Source: Camelus ferus (taxonomy: Eukaryota). From it: a DNA stretch of 64,000 nt. Both the position numbers and the translations under genes were made by a program. The stretch lies in assembly GCF_009834535.1 (NCBI RefSeq), contig NC_045697.1, positions 75,952,001 to 76,016,000 of the forward strand, given 5' to 3'. Shown here in pieces: positions 63,701 to 64,000 of the stretch; the stretch's first letter is position 1; each line of letters starts with the position of its first letter. The notes beneath the pieces were generated by a model. It made no database searches. It had not been told where the DNA came from and saw only the letters and a program-made list of their open reading frames with translations.

Positions 63701-64000
63701 CAAGGTGAAAATCACTTGTGTTAATTCCAGAGGGACTGTCAGAGGAGCCAAGACAAAAATGGAAGGTCCCCAAGCCAGTACCTCTGCTTGCCCCCACCTT
63801 GTGGATGATGTACCCCATCTATGGGCATCACCCCTCTCTTTGGCTGTTCCCCAGGGTACCCACCTAAGTGCAGTTCAGTTTTATCACCAGCTGCGCCTGG
63901 AATTTGAAATTTATTTTCTTAGTTTCTGTGTCAGACTGCCTCACCAAATCTCCCCACACTATTCTAGGTTTGGTAAATTACTCACAGGACCAGCATATAG

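Noticed and set aside
45991..64000. HADH exon 2 or a nested gene in intron 1
   Set aside because: I found no sequence encoding the expected VAAATGHTVVLVD, and no ORF other than TE-derived or random ones.

Overview
Mammalian genomic DNA, probably camelid (inferred from a tRNA-Ala-headed Vic-1-like SINE and cetartiodactyl-type L1 tails). It covers the conserved SGMS2-CYP2U1-HADH block, with all three genes on the + strand: the last coding exon and long 3'UTR of SGMS2, a complete 5-exon CYP2U1 (1635-nt CDS, 544 aa; intron 3 has a GC-AG donor), and the CpG-island promoter, exon 1 and part of intron 1 of HADH. The main unexpected element is a minus-strand processed pseudogene of RCSD1 (CapZIP) between CYP2U1 and HADH. 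It carries a nested 61-bp poly(A)-tailed retro-insertion of unidentified origin with a perfect 14-bp target-site duplication (TSD). Its 3' end runs, in the same orientation, into an L1 ORF2 fragment, a SINE tail and a poly(A), which suggests a composite or chimeric retrotranscript. The rest is intronic or intergenic DNA rich in L1, MaLR, MIR and DNA-transposon relics. I found no evidence of a new multi-gene system. Gene and repeat-family identities come from recalled sequences, not from database searches.
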